Origin: an uncultured delta proteobacterium
GTDB lineage: Bacteria; Desulfobacterota; Deferrimicrobia; Deferrimicrobiales; Deferrimicrobiaceae
Assembly: GCA_963811025.1 (NCBI GenBank)
Contig: CAWEPX010000033.1
Coordinates: 216,414 to 280,413 of the forward strand
Direction of reading: 5' to 3'
DNA length: 64,000 nt
In this document: positions 19,407 to 29,443 of the stretch, in pieces
How positions within the stretch are numbered: position 1 is the stretch's first letter
Layout: the number at the start of each line of letters is the position of its first letter
The notes under the pieces: model-generated
The model's database searches: none
What the model saw: only the letters and a program-made list of their open reading frames with translations
What the model was told of the DNA's origin: nothing
Position numbers and translations under genes: made by a program

Positions 19407-20791
19407 GGAACGGAGAGAATGGGGACGCCGTCGTCAGGGGATTCGCTCTCTCGGCGGTCTTCTGGCTGATCATCGGCCTGGTCGTCGGCCTGTGGATCGC
19501 CGCCGAGATGGTCTACCCCGGGTTGAACATGGCGCCCTGGCTCGCCTTCGGGCGCCTCCGCGTCGTGCATACGAACGCGCTCATCTTCGGGTTCACCCTG
19601 GCGGGGATCTTTTCCTTAAGCTACTACATGCTTGAAAAACTGACCCGTTCCCCCCTGGCGTTTCCGCGGCTGGGAAAGGTCCACCTTGTCCTGTTCAACG
19701 TCGCCATCGTCCTCGCGGCCCTCTCCCTGTTCGCCGGCATGAACACGTCGAAGGAATACGCGGAGCTCGAGTGGCCCCTCGACGTGGTCGTCGTGATCCT
19801 CTGGGTGATGTTCGCGGTCAACGTCTTCGGCACGCTCGTGAAGCGCAGGGAGAAGCAGATGTACGTCTCCCTCTGGTTTATCATCGCCACCGTCGTGACC
19901 GTGGCGGTGGTCTACATCCTCAACAACCTGGAATTCCCGGTGAACCTCGTGAAGTCCTACTCCGCCTACGCGGGAACGAACGACGCGAACGTCCAGTGGT
20001 GGTTCGGGCACAACGCGGTGGCGTCCGTCTTCACCTTCCCGATCCTGGCGATGTTCTACTACTTCCTTCCCCGGTCGACCGGCCTGCCCATCTACAGCCA
20101 CCGGCTGTCGATCGTCGCCTTCTGGTCCCTGGTCTTCGGATACCTGTGGACGGGCGCGCACCACCTGATGTTCACCCCCCTCCCGGAGTGGATCCAGACG
20201 GTGGCCCTCGCGTTCAGCATCTTCCTGATCGCCCCCTCCTGGGCCTCCGTCGTGAACGGGTACTACACGATGAACGGGAACTGGGACCAGATGCGGTCGA
20301 ACTACCTCGCGAAGTTCTTCATCCTCGGGATCACCTTCTACGGCTTCCAGACGATCCAGGGCCCCACCCAGGCCCTGCGGACACTGACCGGGTACTTCCA
20401 TTACACCGAGTGGGTCGTGGGCCACGTCCACATGGGGACGATGGGTTGGGTGACGATGATCATCTCCGCCTCCATGTACTACGTCGCCTCCCGGCTGTCC
20501 GGCAGGGAGGTCTACAGCGTGACGCTGGCGAACACGCATTTCTGGCTCATCCTGGTCGGACAGCTCGTGTTCACCGTGACGCTGTGGATCGCGGGCATCA
20601 TGCAGGGGGCGATGTGGAAGGCGACCAACGCGGACGGGTCGCTCACGTACACCTTTCTCGACTCGGTGACCGCCCTGTACCCCTTCTGGAAGATCCGCCT
20701 CGCGGGGGGCGTCCTCTACTTCGCGGGAATCGTCGTGTTCGCGTACAACCTTCTCATGACCTTCGGCAGAAAAAAACCTGCGGCCGCCTGA
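19403..20791 (+). CDS. ccoN: cbb3-type cytochrome c oxidase subunit I
   Basis: FGRLRVVHTN, KEYAELEWP, QWWFGHNAV, WTGAHH, GHVH. Confidence 0.95.
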   Translation: MRNGENGDAVVRGFALSAVFWLIIGLVVGLWIAAEMVYPGLNMAPWLAFGRLRVVHTNALIFGFTLAGIFSLSYYMLEKLTRSPLAFPRLGKVHLVLFNVAIVLAALSLFAGMNTSKEYAELEWPLDVVVVILWVMFAVNVFGTLVKRREKQMYVSLWFIIATVVTVAVVYILNNLEFPVNLVKSYSAYAGTNDANVQWWFGHNAVASVFTFPILAMFYYFLPRSTGLPIYSHRLSIVAFWSLVFGYLWTGAHHLMFTPLPEWIQTVALAFSIFLIAPSWASVVNGYYTMNGNWDQMRSNYLAKFFILGITFYGFQTIQGPTQALRTLTGYFHYTEWVVGHVHMGTMGWVTMIISASMYYVASRLSGREVYSVTLANTHFWLILVGQLVFTVTLWIAGIMQGAMWKATNADGSLTYTFLDSVTALYPFWKIRLAGGVLYFAGIVVFAYNLLMTFGRKKPAAA

Positions 20792-20804
20792 CCAGGGGGA
20801 ACCG

Positions 20805-21779
20805 ATGAACATCTACGAAAAACCGATCCTGTTCGCGATCCTGTCGGTCGTCGTCATCTCGGTCGGCACCCTCGTCACGACCTTCATCCCGCTCTTTCTC
20901 CCGTCCACCCAGCCGACCAGCCGGTACATTACCCCCTACTCGGCGATCGAGGTCGAGGGGAGGGACATCTACCTGCGGGAGGGGTGCAACAACTGCCACT
21001 CCCAGACGGTACGCCCCCTCCGTACGGAGGTTGCCCGCTACGGGGAATACTCCAAGCCGGAGGAATTCGCCTACGACAGGCCGTTCCTGTGGGGGTCGAG
21101 GAGGACGGGGCCGGACCTGGCAAGGATCGGCGGGAAGTACCCGGACTCCTGGCACTACCAGCATACGGCGGATCCGCGAAGCATGTTCGGGAAGTCGAAC
21201 ATGCCCGCCTACGGATGGCTCGCGGCAAGGAGGCTCGACACGACCTGGACGCGGAAGAAGGTGGCCGTCCTCGGCTATGGGTACGGGGATGAAGAGGTGG
21301 ACCGGCAGATCGATGCATTCCGCGGCAAAGTGACTTCCGTGGACTACGCCTTCGGCCCTGTGCGGGGGACGGTGACCCCCGAGCCCCTCCGTGGGGAGAT
21401 CACGGAGATGGACGCCCTCGTCGCCTATCTTCAGAAGGTGGGCAGCGACGTGAAGGCCATCACAACGAAGGAGATGGGCCTGGTGGCGCAGGCGGAAGCG
21501 GCCGGGGCGAGCAACCCGCATGCGGGCAGCCGTGAGGCCGCGGAGGAGGGGAAGGCCATTTTCGAGGCGAATTGCCGGTCGTGCCACGGCGAGACGGCAA
21601 AGGGAGGGTTCGGCCCGAACCTCGTCGACAAGGAGTGGATCTTCGGCGGGGGAGACAAGGACGTGTTCGCGTCGATCTCCAAGGGAAGGCCTGGAGGGAT
21701 GCCCGCCTTCGGGGGAACGCTCGGGAAGGACAGGATCTGGAAGGTGATCGCCTACTTGAGGAGCATCGGAAACGGATGA
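20805..21779 (+). CDS. ccoO: cbb3 subunit II with extra C-terminal cytochrome c domain
   Basis: EGCNNCHSQ, WGSRRTGPDLAR, second heme CRSCH..GPNL..GRPGGMP. Confidence 0.9.
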   Translation: MNIYEKPILFAILSVVVISVGTLVTTFIPLFLPSTQPTSRYITPYSAIEVEGRDIYLREGCNNCHSQTVRPLRTEVARYGEYSKPEEFAYDRPFLWGSRRTGPDLARIGGKYPDSWHYQHTADPRSMFGKSNMPAYGWLAARRLDTTWTRKKVAVLGYGYGDEEVDRQIDAFRGKVTSVDYAFGPVRGTVTPEPLRGEITEMDALVAYLQKVGSDVKAITTKEMGLVAQAEAAGASNPHAGSREAAEEGKAIFEANCRSCHGETAKGGFGPNLVDKEWIFGGGDKDVFASISKGRPGGMPAFGGTLGKDRIWKVIAYLRSIGNG

Positions 21780-21961
21780 GTACCTCCGCCTGGGCCTATT
21801 TCGCTTTCACCGTTCTGCTCGTTGCCGTGTTCGCCGGGATCATCGCCCACTACTACTCCCGGAACCGGCGCGATACCGTGGAAGCACCCAAGTACCGGAT
21901 GCTCACCGAGGAAGGGGAGTCGTCCGATGCCCCTGAAAAGGACCGGAGGGAACGACGATGA
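21776..21961 (+). CDS. ccoQ: cbb3 small subunit
   Basis: MSTSAWAYFAFT.. single TM, VEAPKYRML; ATGA overlaps on both sides. Confidence 0.75.
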   Translation: MSTSAWAYFAFTVLLVAVFAGIIAHYYSRNRRDTVEAPKYRMLTEEGESSDAPEKDRRERR

Positions 21962-22434
21962 GCGAAACGTTCAAGGACATGGAACGCCACAACAGGATCC
22001 CCCGCTTCTTCCTGGTATTCCTTTTCGCCCTCATCGCATGGGGCGTCTATTACATCGCCGCGTACACCCCGCAGATCAGCGGATGGTCGCAATACGCGGT
22101 GCTGCAGAAAGAGCTCGAGGCGGAAAAGAGCGCCGCGTCGGCCGTCTCCGTAACCGAGAACCCGTACGAGTCCGATCCGAAGGCGGTCGCGGAGGGAAAA
22201 GGGATCTATGCCGAACACTGCGCGGGATGCCACGGCGACACCCTCAAGGGAGAAGTGGGGCCCGATCTGACGGCCCACCTGAAGTATGGGGAGACGGACA
22301 ACCTCAAGTTCGAATCGATCGCCAAGGGAAGGCCCGGCGGGATGCCGTCCTTCGGGGACCCGCTGGGGCGCGACCGGATCTGGAAGGTGCTCGCCTACAT
22401 CGACTCCGTCCGGGAGTACGGGAAACAGCCATAG
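21958..22434 (+). CDS. ccoP: Short monoheme cbb3 subunit III
   Basis: N..P..F-TM CcoP N-terminus, one CAGCH, GRPGGMP. Confidence 0.8.
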   Translation: MSETFKDMERHNRIPRFFLVFLFALIAWGVYYIAAYTPQISGWSQYAVLQKELEAEKSAASAVSVTENPYESDPKAVAEGKGIYAEHCAGCHGDTLKGEVGPDLTAHLKYGETDNLKFESIAKGRPGGMPSFGDPLGRDRIWKVLAYIDSVREYGKQP

Positions 22435-22451
22435 GAAAGGCGCGGGGGGCG

Positions 22452-23558
22452 ATGTGGAAGAACCGGCGAAGAATGGCCGCCCTCGCGCAGGCCGTCGTGA
22501 TCCTCGGCCTGCCGTTCCTCCGGGTGGACGGGGAAAGCGCGCTGCGATTCGACATCCCGGGGCTGAAACTCCATATCTTCGGCGCCGTGCTGTGGATCGA
22601 CCAGTTTCCCCTGGTTCTGCTGGGGACGCTTTTCGCGCTCCTGTTCGCCGCGGGCGCCACGGTCCTCTTCGGGAGAATCTGGTGCGGCTATGCCTGCCCC
22701 CAGACCGTGATCCCGGAACTTGCCGCGTGGGGCGCCTCTTTTCTTCCCGCGCGGTGGAAGGCCGCAGGGAAAACCTGCCTCCTCCTTCCCCTCTCGGCCG
22801 TCGCCTCCCTCTCGCTTCTCTGGTACTTCATTCCCCCCGCCGAGGCCGTGAACGCCCTGTTCCGCTCGAAGATCGTCCTTTCGTTCTTTCTCGTGCAGGG
22901 CGCGGTGATCTTCGGCATGCTGGCCTTCGCCGGCGCGGGTTTCTGCCGCACCGTTTGCCCGTACTCGATGCTCCAGAACGCCCTGTTCGACAGGGACACG
23001 CTGACGATCGCCTTCGACGAAGACCGGAAGGACGAGTGCCTGCGGTGCGACCTGTGCGTATACGTCTGCCCGGTGGCGATCGACATAAAAAGGGGGCTTG
23101 CGAGGGAGTGCATCGCCTGCGCGGAATGCATCGACGCCTGCCTCCGGATGACGGGGCCGATCGGGATCCGGCCGTTCATCGGATACCGAGGGAAGGTCGT
23201 GCGGGGAAAAGCGCTGCTGTTTTCCGCCCTTACCGCCCTGGCCTGTCTCGCCTTCGTCGGCATATGGTTTCTGCAGCCCCCCGTCGCGTTTTCCGTGCAG
23301 TGGACGGGAAAGGAGTCCGGCGTCAATGCGAACGTCTACCGCTACCTGGCCAGGAACAACCGGGGGAATCCTCTCGACCTCGCCCTGGGCGTCGAAGGGG
23401 GCCGCATCATGACAGGTGAGCGCACCATCCGCCTCGGACCGCACGCCCGCTCCTCGGGGGTAGTGGCGGTCCGGAAGGGAAGGGAACCCGGAGGGCCGGT
23501 CACGTTCGTCGTCACGGGCTCCGGCGTTCACCTGCGGCAGGAGGCGGGATTCCCATGA
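22452..23558 (+). CDS. ccoG: cbb3 accessory polyferredoxin
   Basis: GRIWCGYACPQT, FCRTVCPY, CLRCDLCVYVCP, CIACAECIDAC. Confidence 0.88.
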   Translation: MWKNRRRMAALAQAVVILGLPFLRVDGESALRFDIPGLKLHIFGAVLWIDQFPLVLLGTLFALLFAAGATVLFGRIWCGYACPQTVIPELAAWGASFLPARWKAAGKTCLLLPLSAVASLSLLWYFIPPAEAVNALFRSKIVLSFFLVQGAVIFGMLAFAGAGFCRTVCPYSMLQNALFDRDTLTIAFDEDRKDECLRCDLCVYVCPVAIDIKRGLARECIACAECIDACLRMTGPIGIRPFIGYRGKVVRGKALLFSALTALACLAFVGIWFLQPPVAFSVQWTGKESGVNANVYRYLARNNRGNPLDLALGVEGGRIMTGERTIRLGPHARSSGVVAVRKGREPGGPVTFVVTGSGVHLRQEAGFP

Positions 23559-24343
23559 AAACCCTTCTCGCCGGCTTGTACGTTCTTTTCGCCGCCCTGC
23601 TCGGGGTGACCTTCTACGTCGCCGTGCGCGCGAACGACGGGCTCGTCGAGGAGGATTACTACCGGAAAGCGAACGACTATCTGTCCCTGAAGGAGACGGA
23701 GGAGAACCTCGGGCTCACCATCCGCGTGCCCGGACGCCTCGAGACGGGGCGCAGCCGCCTGTCGGCGGAGGTCGCAACCGCGAAGGGCCCTTTGCAGGGC
23801 GCTCGGGCCACCCTTCGGGCGATGCGGCTGTCGGGCCCGGGGCAGGACCGGACCTTCCCCCTTCGCGAGGAGGCGGCGGGCACATATGCGGCGAATATCG
23901 AAATTCCTTCGGGGGGGAGCTGGATGCTTCTCCTCGCGGTGGAAGGCAGCGGTGTCCGAACGGAGAGGAGATGGATCGCCACCGCGGACGGCCGGGATGC
24001 GAGGGGGATCGGGGAGGACATCCACGCGGGACCGGTCTCGGGACGCGCGGGAGGGCAGATCGTCGTCCTCGACATCTCCCCCAAGCCGGTGGCGGCCATG
24101 AAGGAACTTTCGTTCACCGTCGAGCTTCCGGGCTACGAGGGGCCCGAAGCTCCCGTAATCGACCTCGATATGCCGGGGATGCGCATGCCCCCGAACCGGG
24201 TGCGCCTCGTCCGGGACGGGCCGGGACGGTATCGCGGCAAGGGAGTCATCGTCCGGTGCCGCAGCGGGAAGCGGCGATGGACGGCAACGGTGACCCTCCC
24301 CGGGGGGGATAGCGCGGTGTTTCCTTTTGACGTCGTTTCCTGA
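23555..24343 (+). CDS. ccoH: FixH/CcoH-like protein with two Ig/YtkA-like domains
   Basis: TM then DGLVEEDYY; position between ccoG and ccoI; C-terminal MPGMRM..VRC. Confidence 0.65.
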   Translation: MKTLLAGLYVLFAALLGVTFYVAVRANDGLVEEDYYRKANDYLSLKETEENLGLTIRVPGRLETGRSRLSAEVATAKGPLQGARATLRAMRLSGPGQDRTFPLREEAAGTYAANIEIPSGGSWMLLLAVEGSGVRTERRWIATADGRDARGIGEDIHAGPVSGRAGGQIVVLDISPKPVAAMKELSFTVELPGYEGPEAPVIDLDMPGMRMPPNRVRLVRDGPGRYRGKGVIVRCRSGKRRWTATVTLPGGDSAVFPFDVVS

Positions 24344-25022
24344 CTCCACCTACCTGCTCGTCTTCGCCGCCGGAGCGCTGGGGTCCTTCGGTCATTGCAT
24401 CGGCATGTGCGGTCCCCTGGTCGCCGCCTTCTCCCTGCCCCTCGGGGAGAGGCGGATTCTGCCCGCCAACCTCCTCTACCATCTCGGCCGGGTCACCACC
24501 TACAGCATGATCGGCGGGGTGACGGGGCTCACCGGGTCGTTCGTGGGGGTCGCGTCGCACATCGAGTCGTTCCAGAAGGTCGTCATGACGGGCACGGGAC
24601 TCCTTATCGTCCTCATGGGACTGGTTCTCGGGGGATGGGTGCCGGCCCTGCGCCTTCCGGAAAAAGAGCCCGGGCGGCATCGCCTGGTGGGACGAATCTT
24701 CCGTCTCGTCTCGGAGGGCGGAAGCCCCGGCGCCTTTTTCCCCCTGGGACTGGCTCTTGGCTTCCTCCCGTGCGGCCTCGTGTACGGCGCCCTGCTCTCC
24801 TCGGCAAGAGTGGGGATGGAGGCGGGAAGTCTTCCCGAAGGATTTCTCAAGGGGTTTCTCATGATGGCGCTGTTCGGGGCGGGCACGGTTCCGGGGCTTC
24901 TGATCGTCGCGAAAACCGCAGGTCTCCTGGGAGGAAAGCTCCGGGCGCGTCTCTACCGGGCCGCCGCCGTCCTCATGATCATCGTCGGGGCGGTGTTCGC
25001 GGTGCGGGGGGCAATGCTTTGA
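24327..25022 (+). CDS. DsbD_2/TauE-SafE-like membrane protein of cbb3 assembly clusters
   Basis: HCIGMCGP, YHLGR, GFLPCGLVY, FGAGT. Confidence 0.85.
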   Translation: MTSFPDSTYLLVFAAGALGSFGHCIGMCGPLVAAFSLPLGERRILPANLLYHLGRVTTYSMIGGVTGLTGSFVGVASHIESFQKVVMTGTGLLIVLMGLVLGGWVPALRLPEKEPGRHRLVGRIFRLVSEGGSPGAFFPLGLALGFLPCGLVYGALLSSARVGMEAGSLPEGFLKGFLMMALFGAGTVPGLLIVAKTAGLLGGKLRARLYRAAAVLMIIVGAVFAVRGAML

Positions 25023-25034
25023 TGGAGGGGGAAG

Positions 25035-27457
25035 ATGCCTGCCTGTGATCACTGTCTTCTGGAGATCGCTCCCGGAGACGCCATGGTCGAGGATGTCGGG
25101 GGGAAAGAGGCCGTATTCTGCTGCCCCGGCTGCAGGAATATCCATGCCCTGCTCCGCAGCGAAGGGCTGGAAGGATTCTATGCGCGGCGGCGGGGATGGA
25201 CTCCCGGGCCGTTCTCCGTTCCCCCCGTCGACCCGGAAATCTTCGCGGCGAACGCCCGGCAGTCCGGGCCCGGTGGCGACCTCGAGATGGACATCGCGAT
25301 CTCCGGGATCCGGTGCGCATCCTGCGTCTGGGTCATCGAGAGATACCTCGCGAAAAAACCGGGGGTCCTGTCCGCTCGTGTCCATTACGCCACCCATCGC
25401 GGAACGGTCCGCTGGGATCCGGCGCGGACCGACGCAGGGACGATCGCCGGCTGGATCGCGGATCTCGGATACGCTCCCTTCCCCGGGGAAACCACGGAGA
25501 TGGAGGAATCCCGGGCGAGGGAGAAGAAAGACCTCCTGCTTCGCCTGGGGACCGCCGCCTTCCTCTCCACGCAGATCATGATGATCACGGCCGGTCTCTA
25601 CGCGGGATACTTCCAGGGGATCGAGCCGTCCACCAGGACGCTGTTCCACGTGGTCGCCCTTTTCCTTGCCACCCCCGTGCTCTTCTACTCGGGGTATCCG
25701 TTCCTTGCGAACACCCTGGCCGCAATCCGGCGCCGGGCGCCGGGGATGGACACTCTCGTATTCCTGGGATCCTTCTCCGCCTATGCCTACAGCGTCGCGA
25801 TGATCTTCACGGGGGGGAGGTCTATTTCGACACAACGGCGATGATCATCACCCTGATCCTCCTGGGAAGGTACCTCGAGGCCTCCGCGAAAGGCAGGGCT
25901 TCGGAAACGATCGCGAGGCTCTTCCGGCTTGCTCCCGTTCGGGCAAGAAGGATCCCGCCGGGAGAAGGTGCGGCGCCGTCGGGGCAGGTCGTCCCCGTCT
26001 CCGCGATCCGGGCCGGAGACATCGTCGAGGTCATTCCCGGGGAGCGCGTTCCGGCCGACGGCGTCGTTTCCGAAGGCGAGTCCGAAGTCGATGAATCGAT
26101 GCTTTCCGGGGAGGCCCGTCCCGTCGACAAGGGCCCGGGGAGCCGGGTCTTCACCGGTACGGTGAACGGCAACGGCCGCCTTCGGATCGAGGTGACGGGG
26201 ACGGGCAGGGACACCGCGCTCTCGCGGATCATCCGGGCCGTCGAAGAGGCGCAGGCGAGGAAGTCCCCGGTGCAGGGGATTGCGGACCGGGTCGTAGGCG
26301 TATTCGTCCCGGCAATCCTTCTTGTCTCCCTGATCGCGCTCGGCGGGCGCATCCTCGCGGGGAGTCCCGCCGTGCCCGCCTTTCTCGCCTCGATCTCCGT
26401 TCTGGTGGTCGCGTGCCCCTGTGCCCTGGGTCTTGCCACTCCGCTTGCCGCCTTCCTGGGTTCGACGGAAGCGCAATCGCTCGGCATCCTGGTCAAGGGC
26501 GCCGACGTTCTCGAGAAGGGGAGCAAGGTGGACACCGTGTTTCTCGACAAGACGGGCACGCTGACGCAAGGGAGCCCTCGCCTCACGGACGTCGTCGGCT
26601 TCTCCCTGCCGCGCCGCGAAGTCCTGGAAATCGCGGCATCCCTGGAAGCGTCTTCGGAACACGCGATGGCGAACGCGATCCGGCGGGAGGTTCCGAGGAA
26701 CGAATGGAGAGACATCACGGGATTCCGCGCCTACCCCGGAATGGGAGTGGAGGGAACCGCGGCGGGGAAGCGGTATCTTCTCGGGCGAAGGAAATTTCAC
26801 GTGTCCCGGGATGTGACCGCGGCCGAGGAGCAGCGGGAGATCGCACGGTCACTGGCCAGGGAGGGAAAGACGGTCGCCTGGCTCTCGGAAGGCAGGTCGG
26901 TATCGGGCCTTCTGGCCGCCGAAGACACGCTTCGACCCGAATCGCCCGAATGCGTCCGGCGGCTCACGGAGAAGGGGTACACCGTCTGGATGGTAACGGG
27001 GGACGGCGAGGCGGTGTCCGCGAGAATCGCCGGGGAGGCGGGGATCGTGCGGGTCCTCTCCCCGTTGACTCCCCCGGAAAAGGCGGAGGCCGTGCGAAAG
27101 GCGCGATCCGAAGGATCCGTCCTGCTCATGGTCGGCGACGGGATCAATGACGCGCCGGCGCTCATTGAGGCCGACGTCGGGCTGGCGATGGGCAGGGGGA
27201 CCGACATCGCTCTCGAAAGCGCGGACGCCGTCCTCATGAACGACGACCTGCTGCTCGTACCGCGCTTCCTCGCGATCTCGCGAAACACCATGCGCATCAT
27301 CCGGCAGAACCTGTTCTGGGCGTTTTCCTACAATGCGGTCGCGATTCCCCTGGCGGTGGCGGGCAAGCTGCATCCCATCGTTTCCGCCGGGCTCATGGCG
27401 ATCAGTTCCCTGGTGGTGGTGGGAAACTCCCTGCGGCTGCGAAGGGGGAACTCCTGA
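25035..27457 (+). CDS. ccoI: Cu-transporting P1B ATPase, frameshift in G-run near 25815
   Basis: CDHC/CCPGC, CASC, CPCALG, DKTGTLT, GDGINDAP across ORFs 25035-25844 and ..27457. Confidence 0.9.
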
Positions 27458-27598
27458 ATGTGGACGACCATCCTCCTCCTGTTCCTGTCGATCGTCCTGG
27501 GGCTGGGGGCGTGGCTTCTGTTCGTCTGGGCGGTCAAAAGTGACCAGTTCGACGACCCGGAAGGCGTGAAGCACAGGATATTGGACGACGACGAGTAG
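27458..27598 (+). CDS. ccoS: cbb3 maturation protein (46 aa, not in ORF track)
   Basis: Hand translation MWTTILLLFLSIVLGLGAWLLFVWAVKSDQFDDPEGVKHRILDDDE*. Confidence 0.9.
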   Translation: MWTTILLLFLSIVLGLGAWLLFVWAVKSDQFDDPEGVKHRILDDDE

Positions 27599-27602
27599 GC
27601 CA

Positions 27603-27628
27603 AGGCCGGTCCTTCGGGGTTCCGGCCT
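27603..27628 (+). terminator. Hairpin ending cco operon
   Basis: AGGCCGG..CCTTCGGG..CCGGCCT immediately after ccoS stop. Confidence 0.4.
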
Positions 27629-27649
27629 CAATCCGTATCTCCTTTCAAG

Positions 27650-27817
27650 TGTAAGATTTCTTTATAGTTCATAATTCCCTTTTTATCTTGAGTGGTTGGG
27701 GAATAACTGTAAGGTTTGCTTACAGTTGTAGCGTCCGGCAAAGCATTGGCGGCCGAGATATTTTCTGATTAAAAATCATTATGTTACAGGATAAAAGGGG
27801 GGCGGCATGATGTTTGC
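27650..27817 (+). promoter_or_regulatory. sigma54 promoter with two upstream activator sites and IHF-like site
   Basis: CGGCATGATGTTTGC (GG 27804-5, GC 27816-7); TGTAAG-N5-CTTACA 27708-27724 and TGTAAG-N5-TTTATA 27650-27666; AATCATTATGTTA ~27774-27786. Confidence 0.7.
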
Positions 27818-27887
27818 CCTATAAAGGAGGCGTGGGCGACAAAGAGGGTAACAGGCAACAACCGGACTTCGGGTGCGGGAGGTCGCC

Positions 27888-28892
27888 ATGAAAGAGAATC
27901 CGAGAGTGCTGGTAGTGGACGACGAGGCATCGATCCGTCGCAATCTCGCGGTCGGCATGGCCCAGCGAGGATACGAGGTCGACGCCTGCGAATTGGGATT
28001 GTCCGCGCTGGAGAAGATCGAGGCGGCGAGGCGGTCCGGGGTTCCCCACAACTACGTGGTCCTCGATATCCGGCTGCCGGACATCGACGGGCTTCATCTC
28101 CTGAAGATGATCAAAGACGTGTATCCGGACCTGCCCGTGGTGGTGATCTCCGGCTACGGCGACGAGCAGACCGGGGAGCGGGTGAAGGAACGCTGCGGCA
28201 GCGCCTACCTTGACAAGCCGTTCGAGATCGAGGCGCTGGAAGCCGAGATCCTGAGGATCGGACCGTCGGAGGAGGAGAAGTCCGTCCCACGGCCGGAAGG
28301 CAGAATCGAGGAGTTGCGCAGCCAGAGCGCGTACGTCTTCCTCCGTGGCAGGCCGGACGCCGATCTGTCCGGGTGCTTCAACGCACTCTACTTCGCCGAA
28401 GGGGTCTTTTACTGCGACGCCGTGACGGGCGACTGGGATATCGTTCTTCTCGTCCAGGCGCCGGACCAGCGGGGAATCCGGGAATGGGTCGAACGGACCG
28501 TCAAGCCTCTCCCGGAGATCGAGGAGTACGAGATCCACCATTCCGGGCGCCCGTTGCTGGGGAAGGACATCGAGTCGTTCCTCCGGCATTACGAGCTTAT
28601 GCAGGCGGCCGAGGGCCTTGACGAAGAGGCGGGCGACAGGCGAAAAAGACAGCTCCTCTCGGCCTATGTTCTGCTGGAGATCGACAGGTTTTGCGTGCCC
28701 TCCCTGTACGCCACGTACTACTTCGACGAGGACGTGGTCTATTGCGACATGACCGACGACTGCGCGATGGCCATCCTCCTCGTGCAGGGCCGTACGTGCG
28801 ACGCGATCCGGCAGGCCGTCTCCCGGCTCCGGTCCAGGCCGGGAGTGCTTCGGGCCAGAACCTTGAACATCGTAAAATTCCAGGGCGTTTAG
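27888..28892 (+). CDS. Response regulator: receiver plus two tandem Lrp/AsnC-like ligand-binding domains, no HTH
   Basis: VLVVDDE, LDIRLP, KPF; repeat SAYV.L..YF.E.V.YCD..LLVQ twice. Confidence 0.7.
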   Translation: MKENPRVLVVDDEASIRRNLAVGMAQRGYEVDACELGLSALEKIEAARRSGVPHNYVVLDIRLPDIDGLHLLKMIKDVYPDLPVVVISGYGDEQTGERVKERCGSAYLDKPFEIEALEAEILRIGPSEEEKSVPRPEGRIEELRSQSAYVFLRGRPDADLSGCFNALYFAEGVFYCDAVTGDWDIVLLVQAPDQRGIREWVERTVKPLPEIEEYEIHHSGRPLLGKDIESFLRHYELMQAAEGLDEEAGDRRKRQLLSAYVLLEIDRFCVPSLYATYYFDEDVVYCDMTDDCAMAILLVQGRTCDAIRQAVSRLRSRPGVLRARTLNIVKFQGV

Positions 28893-28907
28893 CGTGGTGG
28901 GGAGACG

Positions 28908-29412
28908 ATGGCAACGGAGGAGGAACGCGTAAAGGGCGTCGTGATGCCGGCGTTCGGCCGGATGCTGTGGCGCCACGGCGGCGAGCCGGGCATGCTGATC
29001 CCGCTGCTCCAGGCGGCCCAGGATTCCTACGGCTACATCCCGCCGCTGGCGATCGAGCAGATCGCCATGGCGACCGGCATTCCGGCCAGCGAGATCTACG
29101 GGGTCATCACATTTTACAGGCAGTTTCGCCTGCAGCCGCTGGGCCGGTACGTGATCCGCATCTGCAAGGGGACCGCCTGCCACGTCCAGGGGGCGGAAAT
29201 GATCGGCAGGACCCTGGAGGAGGAGCTCGGAATCCACGAGGGAGAGACCAGCGAGGACGGACTGTTCACGTTCCTGTACGGTGGCCTGCCTCGGATGCTG
29301 CAGTCTCGCTCCCGTGGTGATGATCGGCGAACAGGCATACGGCAGACTTACTCCCCAGACGCTCCGAAGCGTTCTCCGAAGGTTCCGACGGAAAGCGGTC
29401 GGGGGCGCATGA
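28908..29412 (+). CDS. NuoE/HydC/StnA-like [2Fe-2S] subunit, +1 frameshift near 29277
   Basis: LIPLLQAAQ..GYIP, ICKGTACH; VACLGCCSLAPV in shifted frame ending TGA 29410-29412. Confidence 0.85.
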
Positions 29413-29443
29413 CGTTTCTTCCGGCTTCTTCAAGGAGGACCCG

